Made by a program: the position numbers and the translations under genes. The notes under the pieces are model-generated. The model saw nothing but the letters and a program-made list of their open reading frames with translations. It made no database searches and was not told where the DNA came from. From an uncultured Verrucomicrobiae bacterium (GTDB lineage: Bacteria > Verrucomicrobiota > Verrucomicrobiia > Chthoniobacterales > Chthoniobacteraceae): a stretch of DNA of 64,000 bases. The stretch spans positions 1-64,000 of the forward strand of contig CAWHEP010000002.1 in NCBI GenBank assembly GCA_963828525.1. Direction: 5' to 3'. Below, one piece after another: positions 17,853-28,134 of this stretch; the first letter of the stretch is position 1; every line of letters starts with the position of its first letter.

Positions 17853-18981
17853 ATGAACACGGAAGACGGGCAGGACACCTCCTTGGATGGCAGGAACAGG
17901 ATGATGGGCAGACACGGGGATCACCACAAGACCGCAACCATGGCGACGATTGCCAAGGCCGCTGGGGTTTCGCAGGGAGCAATTTCGTCCCTGTTGAATG
18001 ATCGGGATTACGGAATACGGGTAAGCGACAAGACAAGGGAGCGGGTCTTCAAGGTCTGCCGGGAACTCGGATACGTTCCAAACGACCTCCGGGCGGTGGT
18101 TCGGATGTATCCCGACATGGGCGAGATTTGCCTTCTTTTTTCTCGTGATCTTGGCGGCGTTCTAAAGGATCCCTTCACCGCGCGCGTGGCGGAAGCAGCC
18201 ATGAGCGCTTCTTCCGATCCCTCGCACCCGATCTCATTTGCTGAGTACCGATGAAAATTTCGATTATCTTGCCAATCCAGATGAACTTCCGCACCCGGTC
18301 CTTCTGGGAACAGCTTCAAAATTCATCTGCATCGGTACGCCAAATGTCTGCCTTTTTCAGGCGCTTGTGAAACGGGGTTTTCCCGTGGTTTACCTGGGTC
18401 GTCCCATGAATAATGCTGGAGTCACAAGCATAGTCCCCGACTATACGGAGGCATCCCGTCTGGCGGTCGAACATCTCTTCTCCCTTGGCCACCGCAGGAT
18501 CGCCATCCTGTCCGGCCCTTTTGGGACTACTGACCACCAGATCATCGAGTTGAACCGGGGCATCAAAATCGGCTATGACAATCTAGGGATACCGATCGAG
18601 GCCCAGAATATCATCTACGGAGATTTGAACTTCAAAAGCGGGTTCACCTCCATTGATTTCCTGCTTGACCGAACACCTGGGCCGACGGCGGTTTTCTGTT
18701 TTAATGACGCAGTGGCTGCAGGGGTTTTGGCCCGCGTTCAAGACCGTGGCCTCAAGGTGCCCGAGGAGATCAGCGTTATGGGCTGCTCCGACGATGGCTT
18801 TGCGCTCTACATCCATCCACTTCTCACCACCATCCATCTGCCGGCCGAGGAAATGGGAGTTGCCGCTGTCAAAGAAATCGAAAGGCGTGTCAAGGAAGAG
18901 TCCCTTGAGGAAATCAAAAAGATCGTAATGCCAGTGCGCCTCGTTGAGCGGGCGTCATGTTCCGCTCCAAAAAACAAATGA
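17853..18981 (+). CDS. LacI family transcriptional regulator (indel near 18249)
   Basis: TMATIAKAAGVSQGAISSLLN HTH; C-terminal AVFCFNDAVAAG, PLLTTI, LVERAS in second frame; start uncertain. Confidence 0.88.
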
Positions 18982-19286
18982 ACCCAAAACAGTTTTACAT
19001 CGCCGCCGCGCTGGGAGCGGTTTGCCTTGTGTTGTCGATTTTGCTAATATCCCTGGCCAGGACAGATCAACATCTACAGATGGAATTGCAGAATCAGCAG
19101 AACGAAATTAATCGCGGCTCGGCCGCTCAGCAGGCGGGCACCGAGGTTCTCCGAGAGATGGGCCAGGTCGCGGTCACGGACAGCAAAATGAAAGAAGTTC
19201 TTGCAAAAAACGGCTACACCGTCACTGTCTCCCCTCCCGCTTCGGCCACTCCGGCGGTGAGCGGAACGCCCCAGATGCGGCCCTAA
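18978..19286 (+). CDS. Small single-TM coiled-coil protein, paralog A
   Basis: N-terminal TM, Gln-rich helix; closely similar to next ORF. Confidence 0.8.
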   Translation: MNPKQFYIAAALGAVCLVLSILLISLARTDQHLQMELQNQQNEINRGSAAQQAGTEVLREMGQVAVTDSKMKEVLAKNGYTVTVSPPASATPAVSGTPQMRP

Positions 19287-19306
19287 CAATCGTAAATCCC
19301 CTCGAA

Positions 19307-19624
19307 ATGAAGTCCACTCAGTTTTATATTGCAACCGCCCTTAGCGCGCTTTGTCTCATCCTCTCCATTTGGGTGATCGCGTTGGGCAAGTCCAACCAGC
19401 ATCTACAGCAGGAACTACAGTCCCAGCAGAATGACATCAACAGGGGAACGGCCTCTCAACAGGCAGGCTCCATGATCCTCAAGGAGATGGGGCAAGCGGC
19501 GGTGACCGATGACAAGATGAAAGAAGTTCTTGCCAAGAATGGCTTCACACTTACCGTAAATCCCCCCGCCAAATCGGGAACCTCCTCTCCCTCGACATCG
19601 CCTTCTTCCTCACCACACCCATGA
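19307..19624 (+). CDS. Small single-TM coiled-coil protein, paralog B
   Basis: Shares QFYIA, QHLQ.ELQ.QQN.INRG, KMKEVLAKNG with paralog A. Confidence 0.8.
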   Translation: MKSTQFYIATALSALCLILSIWVIALGKSNQHLQQELQSQQNDINRGTASQQAGSMILKEMGQAAVTDDKMKEVLAKNGFTLTVNPPAKSGTSSPSTSPSSSPHP

Positions 19625-19923
19625 ACTCTGACTCGGACGGACAATTTTCCATTGGCAAGGATGCATTCCTTCCACTCATGCTGCTGATCGTAAGCGTGCT
19701 CTTGCTCTTCATCTGGCAGGTAAACGGCTTCTCTGAACAGAAGACAGCATTGCGCGCCACCATCGAGAGGCAGGATCAGATGGTGAAGCAGTCGCTCCAA
19801 GTGCAGGGCTCGCTACAGAAACTCCTGTCGGATCTTCTTGAACTTGCCAAGACAGACCCGCTTGCGCAGCAGATCGTCACCAAACACAACATTCAGCAGC
19901 AAGCGCCTGCGGCCGGCTTGTAA
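19621..19923 (+). CDS. Small single-TM coiled-coil protein
   Basis: ATGA overlap; TM followed by Gln-rich helix, same architecture as A and B. Confidence 0.75.
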   Translation: MNSDSDGQFSIGKDAFLPLMLLIVSVLLLFIWQVNGFSEQKTALRATIERQDQMVKQSLQVQGSLQKLLSDLLELAKTDPLAQQIVTKHNIQQQAPAAGL

Positions 19924-20065
19924 CCACGGCGCTCGGTGTCGCTGCGCATACGCCGGCGACTTCAGCGCTTGGAGTTGTTTATCCTAAGGGTCGGCTGTAT
20001 TTCAGCGTGATCTCGGCACAAACCAAAAAGATGCTGTCCCCGTAGAATACGTCCGATGAACCCTC

Positions 20066-20941
20066 TTGCGTCTTGTCGCAGCGTTGTTGCTGGCTGGCGG
20101 CTGTATTGGCGCTCTTGACGCCCAGATTGCCGACGAAGGGGTTCGAGCAATCCGTGACATCCCGTATATTCCCCATGGCGCTCCGAATCAGAGCCTCGAC
20201 CTCTACCTCCCCCAGAGCGGTGCCTTGCGACCCCTTGTCGTTTGGATTCATGGTGGCGGCTGGCAGGGCGGTGACAAACATGGCTGTCCGGCGAAGCCAC
20301 TGGTCACGCGAGGCTATGTCGCGGCAAGCCTCGATTACCGTCTGAGCCAGGAAGCGATCTACCCCGCGCAGATCGAGGATTGTAAAGCCGCCATACGCTG
20401 GCTCCGCGCGCACGCCGCTGAATATGGGATTGACCCGAAACGGATCGGTGTCTGGGGTGCCTCTGCAGGCGGCCATCTGGTCGCATTACTCGGCACCACG
20501 GGCAATATTCGGGACTTCGACGTCGGGGAAAATCTTGACCAGACAAGTGCCGTGCAATGCGTGGTGGACTGGTTCGGCCCGACTGATTTTCTCCATTGGG
20601 GCGACTCAGGCGATGAGGCCCTGGCCAGGCGGCCATCAGCCGTTTCCAAGCTCCTCGGAGGAGTAATAGCGACGCGCCAGGAAATCGCCCGCCGAGCGAG
20701 TCCGATCAGCTTTGTCACTCGCGAAAGCGCCCCGTTCCTGATCATGCACGGCTCGCAGGATCCTTTGGTGCCAACGCAACAGAGTGTCGAACTGGATGCT
20801 GCTCTTCTAAAAGACGGAGTTGAGACGACGCTGAAGATTCTTCCCGGTGCGGGACATGGTGGGCCTGCATTCAACTCCTCCGAAAACCTCGCGGCCGTTG
20901 GGAAGTTCCTGGATCAGCATCTTCATCCTTCCACTAAGTGA
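20066..20941 (+). CDS. Alpha/beta hydrolase (BD-FAE/carboxylesterase-like)
   Basis: IHGGGW oxyanion motif, GASAGGHL nucleophile, HGSQD, GAGHG. Confidence 0.92.
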   Translation: MRLVAALLLAGGCIGALDAQIADEGVRAIRDIPYIPHGAPNQSLDLYLPQSGALRPLVVWIHGGGWQGGDKHGCPAKPLVTRGYVAASLDYRLSQEAIYPAQIEDCKAAIRWLRAHAAEYGIDPKRIGVWGASAGGHLVALLGTTGNIRDFDVGENLDQTSAVQCVVDWFGPTDFLHWGDSGDEALARRPSAVSKLLGGVIATRQEIARRASPISFVTRESAPFLIMHGSQDPLVPTQQSVELDAALLKDGVETTLKILPGAGHGGPAFNSSENLAAVGKFLDQHLHPSTK

Positions 20942-22895
20942 TGTTCCGGCCAGGCAGACGAGGACGGATGCCTTGGCAAGTCATGGGTTCGCTGCTTGTT
21001 GCCTCTGTCTATCTGGGCGCGGAATCATTGGCGGAGTTACCACCGCTGGTGCATGGCGGCGGCAATATTTTAGGGGCTCTGAATCCTGCGCATCCGCGGT
21101 TGATCCTATCCGGCAGTACGTGGGAAATCATCAAAAGTCGCCGCCGCGAGGATCCTGCTCTTGACTGCCTCCTAATCCATTGCGAACGCGAATCTCGAGC
21201 TTTGCTTGACGCCCCGCCTGTCGTCTATCGGAAAGAGGGCAGGCGGCTGCTCGCCGTCTCAAGGACGACTCTTCGGCGTGTGCTGTTCCTGGCGACTCAA
21301 TTTCATCTCAGTGGCGACAAAGCCTTCGCACTTCGGGCGCAGGAGGAAATGCTTGCTGTCGCCGCTTTCGACGATTGGAACCCGAGCCACTTTCTCGATG
21401 TCGCCGAGATGACTACGGCGCTCGCGATTGGATACGACTGGCTTTACGACGCCCTGTCGCCGGAAGCTCGCAAGGCCATTGAAAAGGCCATCGTCGAGAA
21501 GGGGCTCCGCCCCGGCCTGCCCGAGATGGGCTTTGCAAAGATTGAAAATAACTGGAACCAGGTATGTCTGGCAGGGATGTCTCTCGGTGCCCTTGCGGTG
21601 GCTGAAGAGGAGCCGGAGCTTGCCGCTCGCACCCTTGCAAAGACGCGCGACTTCAACATGAACGGCATGAAGCCTTACGCCCCAAGCGGCGTTTATCCCG
21701 AAGGTGGGATTCTACTGGGGCTACGGGACGACCTACGAGGCCCTCCTCCTAAGCTGTTTGCAATCGTCGCTCGGCACGGATTGGGGCCTGGCCGCGAGCC
21801 CGGGCTTCCTTCAAAGCGCTGAGGCTCACCTCCAAGCCTTGGGAGCGACGGGGAAATCCTTTAACTTTGCCGATGGCGAGGAGGATTTGGGGGTCGAACC
21901 TGCCCTGTTCTGGTTCGCGCTGAAGTTGAATCGCCCAGACCTCCTCAGTTTGGCCATGCGCCAGCTACAGCCAGCCGCTGGCAACGAAATTCCAAAAGGG
22001 GAGGAGGATAGGTTTTTACCCCTAGCGGCGTTATGGTGGCCAGCGAGGTCGAAGCCCAAAGCATTGGACCCGCCAAAAGCATGGCTGGGTCGAGGCGTCA
22101 ACCCAATCGCCACGTTCCGGACGGAATGGAACGATGCTTCGAGCGATGTATCTGGGACTTAAGGGAGGCAGGGCGGGTTCCAGCCATGCCCATATGGACG
22201 CGGGGTCTTTCGTCTTTGAGTCCGATGGGGTGCGCTGGGCGCGCGATCTCGGCAAGCAGGATTACTATTCGCTGGAGTCCAAAGGCCTCAAGCTGTTTGA
22301 CGGCAAGCAAAACGGCGACCGCTGGAGGGTCTTCCGCCTTAACAATCTTAGCCACAACACGCTCACCATCAATAAGCAACTCCACATGGTTGATGGCATG
22401 GCGGCGATCACACACTTCGCCGCTGCTGCTAATGAGGGCGCGATTGTTGACCTCTCACCCGTCTTCCGTGGACAGGCGGATCGAGTGGCCCGCGGTTTTG
22501 TTTTTCGCCCCGGCAAACATGTCCTGATCCGGGATGAAGTCGATGGCCTTAAGGCAGGGGACGACGTCCGCTGGGCCATGATGACCAGCGCGGAAATCAT
22601 CCTCTCGCCGGACGGCACGCAAGCAACTTTGAAGCAGGATGGGAGCGAATTGAGGATGGCTTTGGTCTCCAGCGCGCCTTCCAGATTTGAGAGCATCTCC
22701 GCCCAGCCGCCCGAAAATGGTTATGACGCGCCAAATCCCGGCGTGCGTCTCCTTGTCGTGAACTTCGAATCTCCCGCTTCGGGCGCGCTAAGCTGGTCTG
22801 TGATTCTGCAACCGGGCTCCGCCGGGCCGGCCGCTGGCAATGACACGCTGGCCCAGGTGCCTCTGAAGGATTGGCCCCAACCGGCGGTGCAGTGA
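20938..22895 (+). CDS. Heparinase II/III-like polysaccharide lyase (indels near 21710 and 22140)
   Basis: WNPSHFLDVAEM, NNWNQVC, YPEG..YWGYG, HAHMDAGSF, HNTLTIN across three consecutive ORFs. Confidence 0.85.
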
Positions 22896-22920
22896 AAGAG
22901 TCCGCGGATCATCTTGGTCA

Positions 22921-24525
22921 ATGAAATCGATTCTCGCAACGATCCTGCTTTTTTACGCGGCGTGCGGCGGAGCGCTCGCCGCGCCACCAGTGCTGATCGA
23001 TATGGTGCACAACAACCCGGGCGAGGAACCGTTTGTCACCCACTATAATGACGCGGCGTTCCTGAAAAGCCTGGGTTATACCGGCAAGACATTCGAGCTG
23101 TTCGAGGGCGCGCAGTTTGGGATCAATTGGTCCGCCGTCGACCCCGACATCCTGCCCACAGGCTCACCCGACCGCATTTGGGTCGATGCTAAAGCCGCTG
23201 AATTGGACAAGCTCTATTCTTCCGCAAAAGCTGCCGGTCTCGACGTCTATTGCCACACGGATATGGTGGTCCTGCCGAAGCGTCTCGTGGAGAAATATCA
23301 TCTCGCTTCGACTTTCGGCGATGTTTCAAACCCAAACACGCAAAAGTACTTGCGAGCCGCCATCCGGCAGATGTTCCATCGCTTTCCACAGTTGGATGGG
23401 CTTGTCATTCGAATTGGCGAGACCTACCTCCAGGGAGCGCCCTTCCACCAGGGGGCGATTAGCAACAAAGCCGACCCTGACAAAACCATCATCCCTCTCA
23501 TGAATCTGCTGCGGGATGAGGTGTGCGTAAAGCTGAACAAGCGCATCCTCTTCCGCGCCTGGAATAGTTTCGACACGGACGCTGCCAAATACGAACGAGT
23601 CAGCGCCTGCGTGGACCCGCACCCGAACCTTTTTATCGTCGTAAAGCATTGCGAAGGCGACTTTCACCGGGGCAATCCGTTCAGCAAGGTCCTTGGCATC
23701 GGGCGGCACCCGCAGCTTGTCGAAGTCCAGTGCCAGCGCGAGTATGAAGGGAAGGGGGCGTACCCGAACTACATTGCCCATGGCGCAATCGAGGGCTTCG
23801 AGGAACATCACGGACAAAGCCTGCGCAAACTTTGGTCGAATCCTCGCATAGCCGGACTCTCCACCTGGAGCAGAGGCGGCGGATGGAAAGGGCCATACAT
23901 CACGAATGAACTGTGGTGCGATCTGAACGCCTATGTCATGGCCAAGTGGGCTCAAAATCCCGCCCGCGCGGAGGAAGACATCTTCGACGAATACTGTTCC
24001 GGCGTCTTAAAGCTTGACCGGGAGAACAGCAAGAAATTTCGGCGGCTCTGTTTGTTGTCGGCGGATGCCGTGTATCGCGGGATACGATCCACTCATAACG
24101 ACATCACTCCATGGTGGACACGGGATCAATATATCGGCAGACCGCCGTTGCCTGCCGCGCCAGAGGCTCGGCAGCGCGTATTGGAGGAAAAGGATGAAGC
24201 AGTCCGCATCTGGGAGGAGATCGTCGCCCTTGCAGGAAAAATCTCCTTTCCCGATGCAGCCACCGCGGAGTACGTGAGAACGTCGGCGCAATACGGGCTG
24301 TGCGTCTTTCGCATCTACCAATTTGGTTTTCAACTAGCCGCGCTGGCGGCGGAGCCGGACAAGGCGAGAGCCAGAACGTTGATCCAAGGCTATGACCAGA
24401 CTTGGTCCGAATACCGGAAACTAAAGGATGCCCATCCCTCTTGCGGCACCCTCTACACCGACAAGGCGTTTGGCGAGAAGCCAGGAATCGGCGCAATGGT
24501 GGAGGAGATCAGACGGCAGCTATAA
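22921..24525 (+). CDS. Secreted hypothetical protein, probable TIM-barrel glycoside hydrolase
   Basis: Signal peptide; FPQLDGLVIRIGET, EVQCQREYEGKG, WSRGGGW; carbohydrate-enzyme context. Confidence 0.7.
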   Translation: MKSILATILLFYAACGGALAAPPVLIDMVHNNPGEEPFVTHYNDAAFLKSLGYTGKTFELFEGAQFGINWSAVDPDILPTGSPDRIWVDAKAAELDKLYSSAKAAGLDVYCHTDMVVLPKRLVEKYHLASTFGDVSNPNTQKYLRAAIRQMFHRFPQLDGLVIRIGETYLQGAPFHQGAISNKADPDKTIIPLMNLLRDEVCVKLNKRILFRAWNSFDTDAAKYERVSACVDPHPNLFIVVKHCEGDFHRGNPFSKVLGIGRHPQLVEVQCQREYEGKGAYPNYIAHGAIEGFEEHHGQSLRKLWSNPRIAGLSTWSRGGGWKGPYITNELWCDLNAYVMAKWAQNPARAEEDIFDEYCSGVLKLDRENSKKFRRLCLLSADAVYRGIRSTHNDITPWWTRDQYIGRPPLPAAPEARQRVLEEKDEAVRIWEEIVALAGKISFPDAATAEYVRTSAQYGLCVFRIYQFGFQLAALAAEPDKARARTLIQGYDQTWSEYRKLKDAHPSCGTLYTDKAFGEKPGIGAMVEEIRRQL

Positions 24526-24540
24526 AAACGAGGGAACTCC

Positions 24541-24569
24541 TTGCAAACCGCCGCTTGAATGTCTATGTT
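24541..24569 (+). promoter_or_regulatory. tRNA-Lys promoter
   Basis: TTGCAA-17 nt-TATGTT immediately upstream of the tRNA. Confidence 0.6.
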
Positions 24570-24582
24570 CGCCCTCCAATTC

Positions 24583-24655
24583 GCACCGTTAGCTCAATTG
24601 GCAGAGCAAGTGACTCTTAATCACTAGGTTGATGGTTCGATTCCATCACGGTGCA
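24583..24655 (+). tRNA. tRNA-Lys(CTT)
   Basis: GCACCGT/ACGGTGC acceptor, AGTGA-CT CTT AA-TCACT anticodon arm, GGTTCGA. Confidence 0.96.
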
Positions 24656-24832
24656 TGATTCTCAAGTTGTTCCTATAGAGAGACTTGCGACGCAAGTCTG
24701 CCTTTAAAGGCCGCCGTAAATATTTTTGACTTGGCCACTTTTTTAGAGCATCCTCCCTCTTTCGCCCTATTTGTAAGCGTAAGTCGGAGCACCTATTGAC
24801 AGAGGAAGCCGGAGATTAGGGGTTTTTAACAG

Positions 24833-24863
24833 AGATGTCGTAGTGCCTACTACTACGACATCT
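24833..24863. other. Subterminal 12-bp perfect inverted repeat in IS66
   Basis: AGATGTCGTAGT-7 nt-ACTACGACATCT at the tnpC stop. Confidence 0.6.
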
Positions 24864-26403
24864 ATGCTGCCGCCTTGAGGGCACTCTTCTGGGACTTGTG
24901 CCAGGCTTCTGGCGTGATGTTCTTCACCTGCCAGTTGGTCATGGAGGGCAGCCGGGTGAACACGTCTCGCAGGTACTCATACGGGTCGATGCCACGGCGG
25001 CGGCAGCACTCGATTACCGTGTAGATGATCGCACTGCGTTCGCCCGCTTCCGCGTCCCCGATGAACAGCCAGTTCTTCTTGCCCACCGCTGTCGGGCGGA
25101 TCGCGTTTTCCACCTGATTATTGTCGATCTCCACGCGCCCATCTCTCAGGAATACGCAGAGGTTCTCCCATTGCCCCAAGGCGTAGTCGATTGCCTTGCC
25201 AAATGCACTCTTGGGCAGGAAGAGGCCCCGCCGTTTGATGGAGAGGATGCTCCGGTGCAGACGCTCCATGATGGGACGACTCGCGCTGGCGCGCGCAGCT
25301 TCCCGCAATCGCGGCCCAGCCTTGCACCTGCGCAACTCTTTCTCCACCGCGTAGAGGTTCTGGATTTGCCTCAACAGCAAGCCTGCTAGCTTCGGCGACT
25401 GCTCTTTGGCTTCATAAAAGCCGCGCCTGGCGTGTGCCATGCATCCGGCAAGCGTGATCTCCTCGCCGCGGTTGATGGCAAAACGCCGATAGGCCGAGTA
25501 AGCATCGCATTGCACGGTGCCGCGGAAGTTTACCGGCACGATGTTCTCCAGGCATTCCGTGGAACGACTTGTCTTCCAATGGTAGACGACGTCCGCCTTG
25601 GGCCGGCAACATGTCCAGAGATAGCCCAGCTTCGTTTTCCCGTTGCCTGGTTCAAGATAGCGGATCGGAGTTTCATCTATCTGCACATACCCATCGCCCA
25701 TCACTCCGGTTTTGATCAGATCGTAAATGGGCCGCAGCCAGTCCGCTCCCACCCCCACCCACTGCGCCAGCATCTGTCGCGGCAGCCACACTTGATGTCG
25801 GCTCCAAAAGATGGATTCCTGCCGATACAACGGCAGATGATCGCAATACTTGCCAACCAGGATTGTGGCAAGCAGGCCGGGAGTAAGGATGCTGCGTTCC
25901 AGAAGGCAGCCCGGCAGGGGCGCAATCACGGGTGCTGCGTCCACCACATTCCTTTTTACATACTTGGGACGCACCGTGCGCCTTCGCAGGAAGCGGCCCG
26001 GCTCATAATCCAGCCGCTCGCTGACCTCTTCGCCGATGCGACGCCATGCCTTCGGATCAGCCTTCACGGGTTCAGGCTCGATGATCTCCTCGATCACAGG
26101 CAGATGCTCGGGCAGCGGTTGCCGCCGCGTGCGGCTCTTGGCTCCTTTAGGCCTCGGAGGGAGAGCCTGCTTCTCCTCCGGGCCATCCTGTTTTCCCAGG
26201 CCCAAGTCCTCTCCCATCGCAAGCAACAGCATCATCTGCTCCGGGCTGAGTTGTTCGCTCTTCTTGCCAAAGATGCGCCTCGCCAGCGCGTCCAGCTTCT
26301 GCCGCAGCAATGCGATTTCCGTGCGCAACCGCTGGTTGTCATCGGTCACCGTCGCGAGGCGCGCCCGTAGCGTCTTGAGTTCTTCTTCGGGGGACATGCT
26401 CAT
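24862..26403 (-). CDS. tnpC: IS66 transposase TnpC
   Basis: FGKKSE, HLPLYRQ, QIDETP, QCDAYSAY, CMAHARR, IDNNQVENAIRP. Confidence 0.96.
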   Translation of the reverse strand: MSMSPEEELKTLRARLATVTDDNQRLRTEIALLRQKLDALARRIFGKKSEQLSPEQMMLLLAMGEDLGLGKQDGPEEKQALPPRPKGAKSRTRRQPLPEHLPVIEEIIEPEPVKADPKAWRRIGEEVSERLDYEPGRFLRRRTVRPKYVKRNVVDAAPVIAPLPGCLLERSILTPGLLATILVGKYCDHLPLYRQESIFWSRHQVWLPRQMLAQWVGVGADWLRPIYDLIKTGVMGDGYVQIDETPIRYLEPGNGKTKLGYLWTCCRPKADVVYHWKTSRSTECLENIVPVNFRGTVQCDAYSAYRRFAINRGEEITLAGCMAHARRGFYEAKEQSPKLAGLLLRQIQNLYAVEKELRRCKAGPRLREAARASASRPIMERLHRSILSIKRRGLFLPKSAFGKAIDYALGQWENLCVFLRDGRVEIDNNQVENAIRPTAVGKKNWLFIGDAEAGERSAIIYTVIECCRRRGIDPYEYLRDVFTRLPSMTNWQVKNITPEAWHKSQKSALKAAA

Positions 26404-26503
26404 CACCGGGATGAGCACAGGATATAGTTACTTAGCTGCTTTGGATCAACAGAAAACAACAATATATAGCCACTTTATTTCAGCTAATCACCCACCTGAT
26501 CGA

Positions 26504-26857
26504 CTACTCCCGCTGATACCATGGACGCAGGCGCGCGCCGCGCAGGTCGATCCCATCCGTCAGCATGGCCAGCGCCTCGGGTGCAAGCTTCAACTTCACG
26601 CCCTCGCATTGCGCCGCCTGAGGCCACGCGAAGGTTCCCTTTTCCAGCCGCTTGATCAGAAGCCACAGCCCGCTCCCATCCCAATAGATGATCTTCAGAC
26701 GCGTGTGACGCCTGTTGCTAAACACAAACAGCGCTCCCTGCCGCAGATCTTCCTCCAAGCGCTGGCTCACCAGCGCTTCCAGCCCGTTAAAGCCTTTGCG
26801 CATGTCGCACGGCTCCAGCGCCACGAATACCTTCAGTCCTCCCGTGAAGCTTAACAT
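26504..26857 (-). CDS. tnpB: IS66 accessory protein TnpB (Orf2)
   Basis: PCDMRKGFNGL, LFVFSNRR, WDGSG..L..KRLEKG. Confidence 0.95.
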   Translation of the reverse strand: MLSFTGGLKVFVALEPCDMRKGFNGLEALVSQRLEEDLRQGALFVFSNRRHTRLKIIYWDGSGLWLLIKRLEKGTFAWPQAAQCEGVKLKLAPEALAMLTDGIDLRGARLRPWYQRE

Positions 26858-27300
26858 CCGCCTCGCCCACTCTTGGACATCAATCTCAGGAGTTCTGCCG
26901 CCAGCGCCAGCTGCACCGGCGATTCCACCCGCATCCGGCAGCCTCCAGGCATTTCAATCGCCAGACCCGCCGTACCGCCCGATCTGCCCGCAAGCGGCTC
27001 CCGCCGTCGACCACCGCCTCGAACAGCCGCACACTTCCCTGGCCGTCGCCTGGGCCAAATGACACCACGCCAGGAGCAGCTTCTCCCATCGCCGCGCGCT
27101 TCTTTCGCCTGCTTCTGCACCCAGTTGGCGAATGTGCCGTATTGCACACCCGTCATCCGGCAGAACGCCGCGCCGCTCAGCCCACTCTTCTCGAACTCAT
27201 CCAGCAGCGCCTCCCGCCGATCCACTGGCATTCTCACACGGCCAAGGCCGTCACATTTTAAAACCGTCGCTTCTTCTGTCGCAGTTATCGGAGATGTCAT
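26851..27300 (-). CDS. tnpA: IS66 TnpA (compensating indels)
   Basis: LLDEFEKSGLSGAAFCR...YGTFANW HTH, IEMPGGCRMRV C-terminus. Confidence 0.85.
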   Translation of the reverse strand: MTSPITATEEATVLKCDGLGRVRMPVDRREALLDEFEKSGLSGAAFCRMTGVQYGTFANWVQKQAKEARGDGRSCSWRGVIWPRRRPGKCAAVRGGGRRREPLAGRSGGTAGLAIEMPGGCRMRVESPVQLALAAELLRLMSKSGRGGC

Positions 27301-27301
27301 A

Positions 27302-27403
27302 GACGCCCATCCTCCAACATCTACGATGCCGCTGCCTAGAGGCACTCCGAATGATGCCCACCCTCCGACATTTGCGATGCCTGCGGCTAGAGGCACTCCG
27401 GAT
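27302..27403. repeat. 51-bp imperfect tandem duplication of the IS66 left end
   Basis: GACGCCCATCCTCCAACAT...CTAGAGGCACTCCGAAT followed by GATGCCCACCCTCCGACAT...CTAGAGGCACTCCGGAT. Confidence 0.85.
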
Positions 27404-27559
27404 GACGCTTACGAAGGAGCGATGCACGGAGCCGACCGGTTGGTCTTCGGGAGGCGGCTCGTGCATCGAGACTGAGCGGCGTTATGGTGGGGGGCGGGGC
27501 CGTCGCGGTCGTGTGGGCCGGCGGGGGACGACGGCGGCGGAGAGGTGAGGAAAAGTCGA

Positions 27560-27751
27560 TCAGCGTGCAACACGTTCCGGTTTGGGGATGAAAGGATCGG
27601 AAGACTTCGGGCCCTCATAGTCACGTTTGTAGCCGATGCCTCCAACGTTAATAGTCCGAGATTCATGCACGGTCGGATCGCTGGGCGTGGATTTGCCACA
27701 TCCGGTCATCAGGATTGCGGTTGCGACCAGTAGAGTGTGGGTTCTCTTCAT
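27560..27751 (-). CDS. Small putative lipoprotein, probably truncated
   Basis: MKRTHTLLVATAILMTG-C lipobox. Confidence 0.45.
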   Translation of the reverse strand: MKRTHTLLVATAILMTGCGKSTPSDPTVHESRTINVGGIGYKRDYEGPKSSDPFIPKPERVAR

Positions 27752-27916
27752 ATGTTCCTGGTTTGTTTTTTGCGAAGCGGCTAACTACGCAGGCGCGAGG
27801 TCATGGTGCGGCATGGGTATCAGCAAGTTGCGCAGAACCTTCGGTTTTTCTGTTGCTCATGAGTCGCACATCGTGGGAATTGGGGTCGCCGGAGACGTGC
27901 ATGGAGCCGGGAAACA

Positions 27917-28122
27917 TTACTGCCCGCAGCATGGGCAATTCCCGCTGCCCATTGGGCCAACATCCATCTTGGAAACGGTATTAGCGAAATTCTCCTGAAT
28001 CGCACCGCGCTTTTCCATAGGGGTTTCAACTGGCACCGTTTATAGCCTTGACGAAATGCAGCCCTCTCGCTGCTCGTGAGCTTGAGATAGCCGTTGAATA
28101 CAACGGTCGTTTTTTTGTTCAT
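27917..28122 (-). pseudogene. Small protein ending in CPCCG (frameshifted)
   Basis: Reconstructed MNKKTTVVFNGYLKLTSSERAAFVKAING...QENFANTVSKMDVGPMGSGNCPCCGQ* with two frame changes. Confidence 0.65.
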
Positions 28123-28134
28123 GTTTGGTTGGGT

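Larger units (their letters stand above)
24773..27412 (-). mobile_element. IS66 family insertion sequence
   Basis: Terminal IRs GTAAGCGTAAGTCGGAGCACCT (24773) and revcomp GTAAGCGTCATCCGGAGTGCCT (ends 27412); tnpA-tnpB-tnpC; no matching 8-bp TSD. Confidence 0.93.

Noticed and set aside
18238..18254. Programmed frameshift in LacI and other split genes
   Set aside because: No slippery heptamer or stimulatory structure seen; pattern fits sequencing indels
26504..26857. tnpB as an RNA-guided nuclease
   Set aside because: This is the 117-aa IS66 accessory protein, unrelated to IS200/IS605 TnpB; no RuvC motifs
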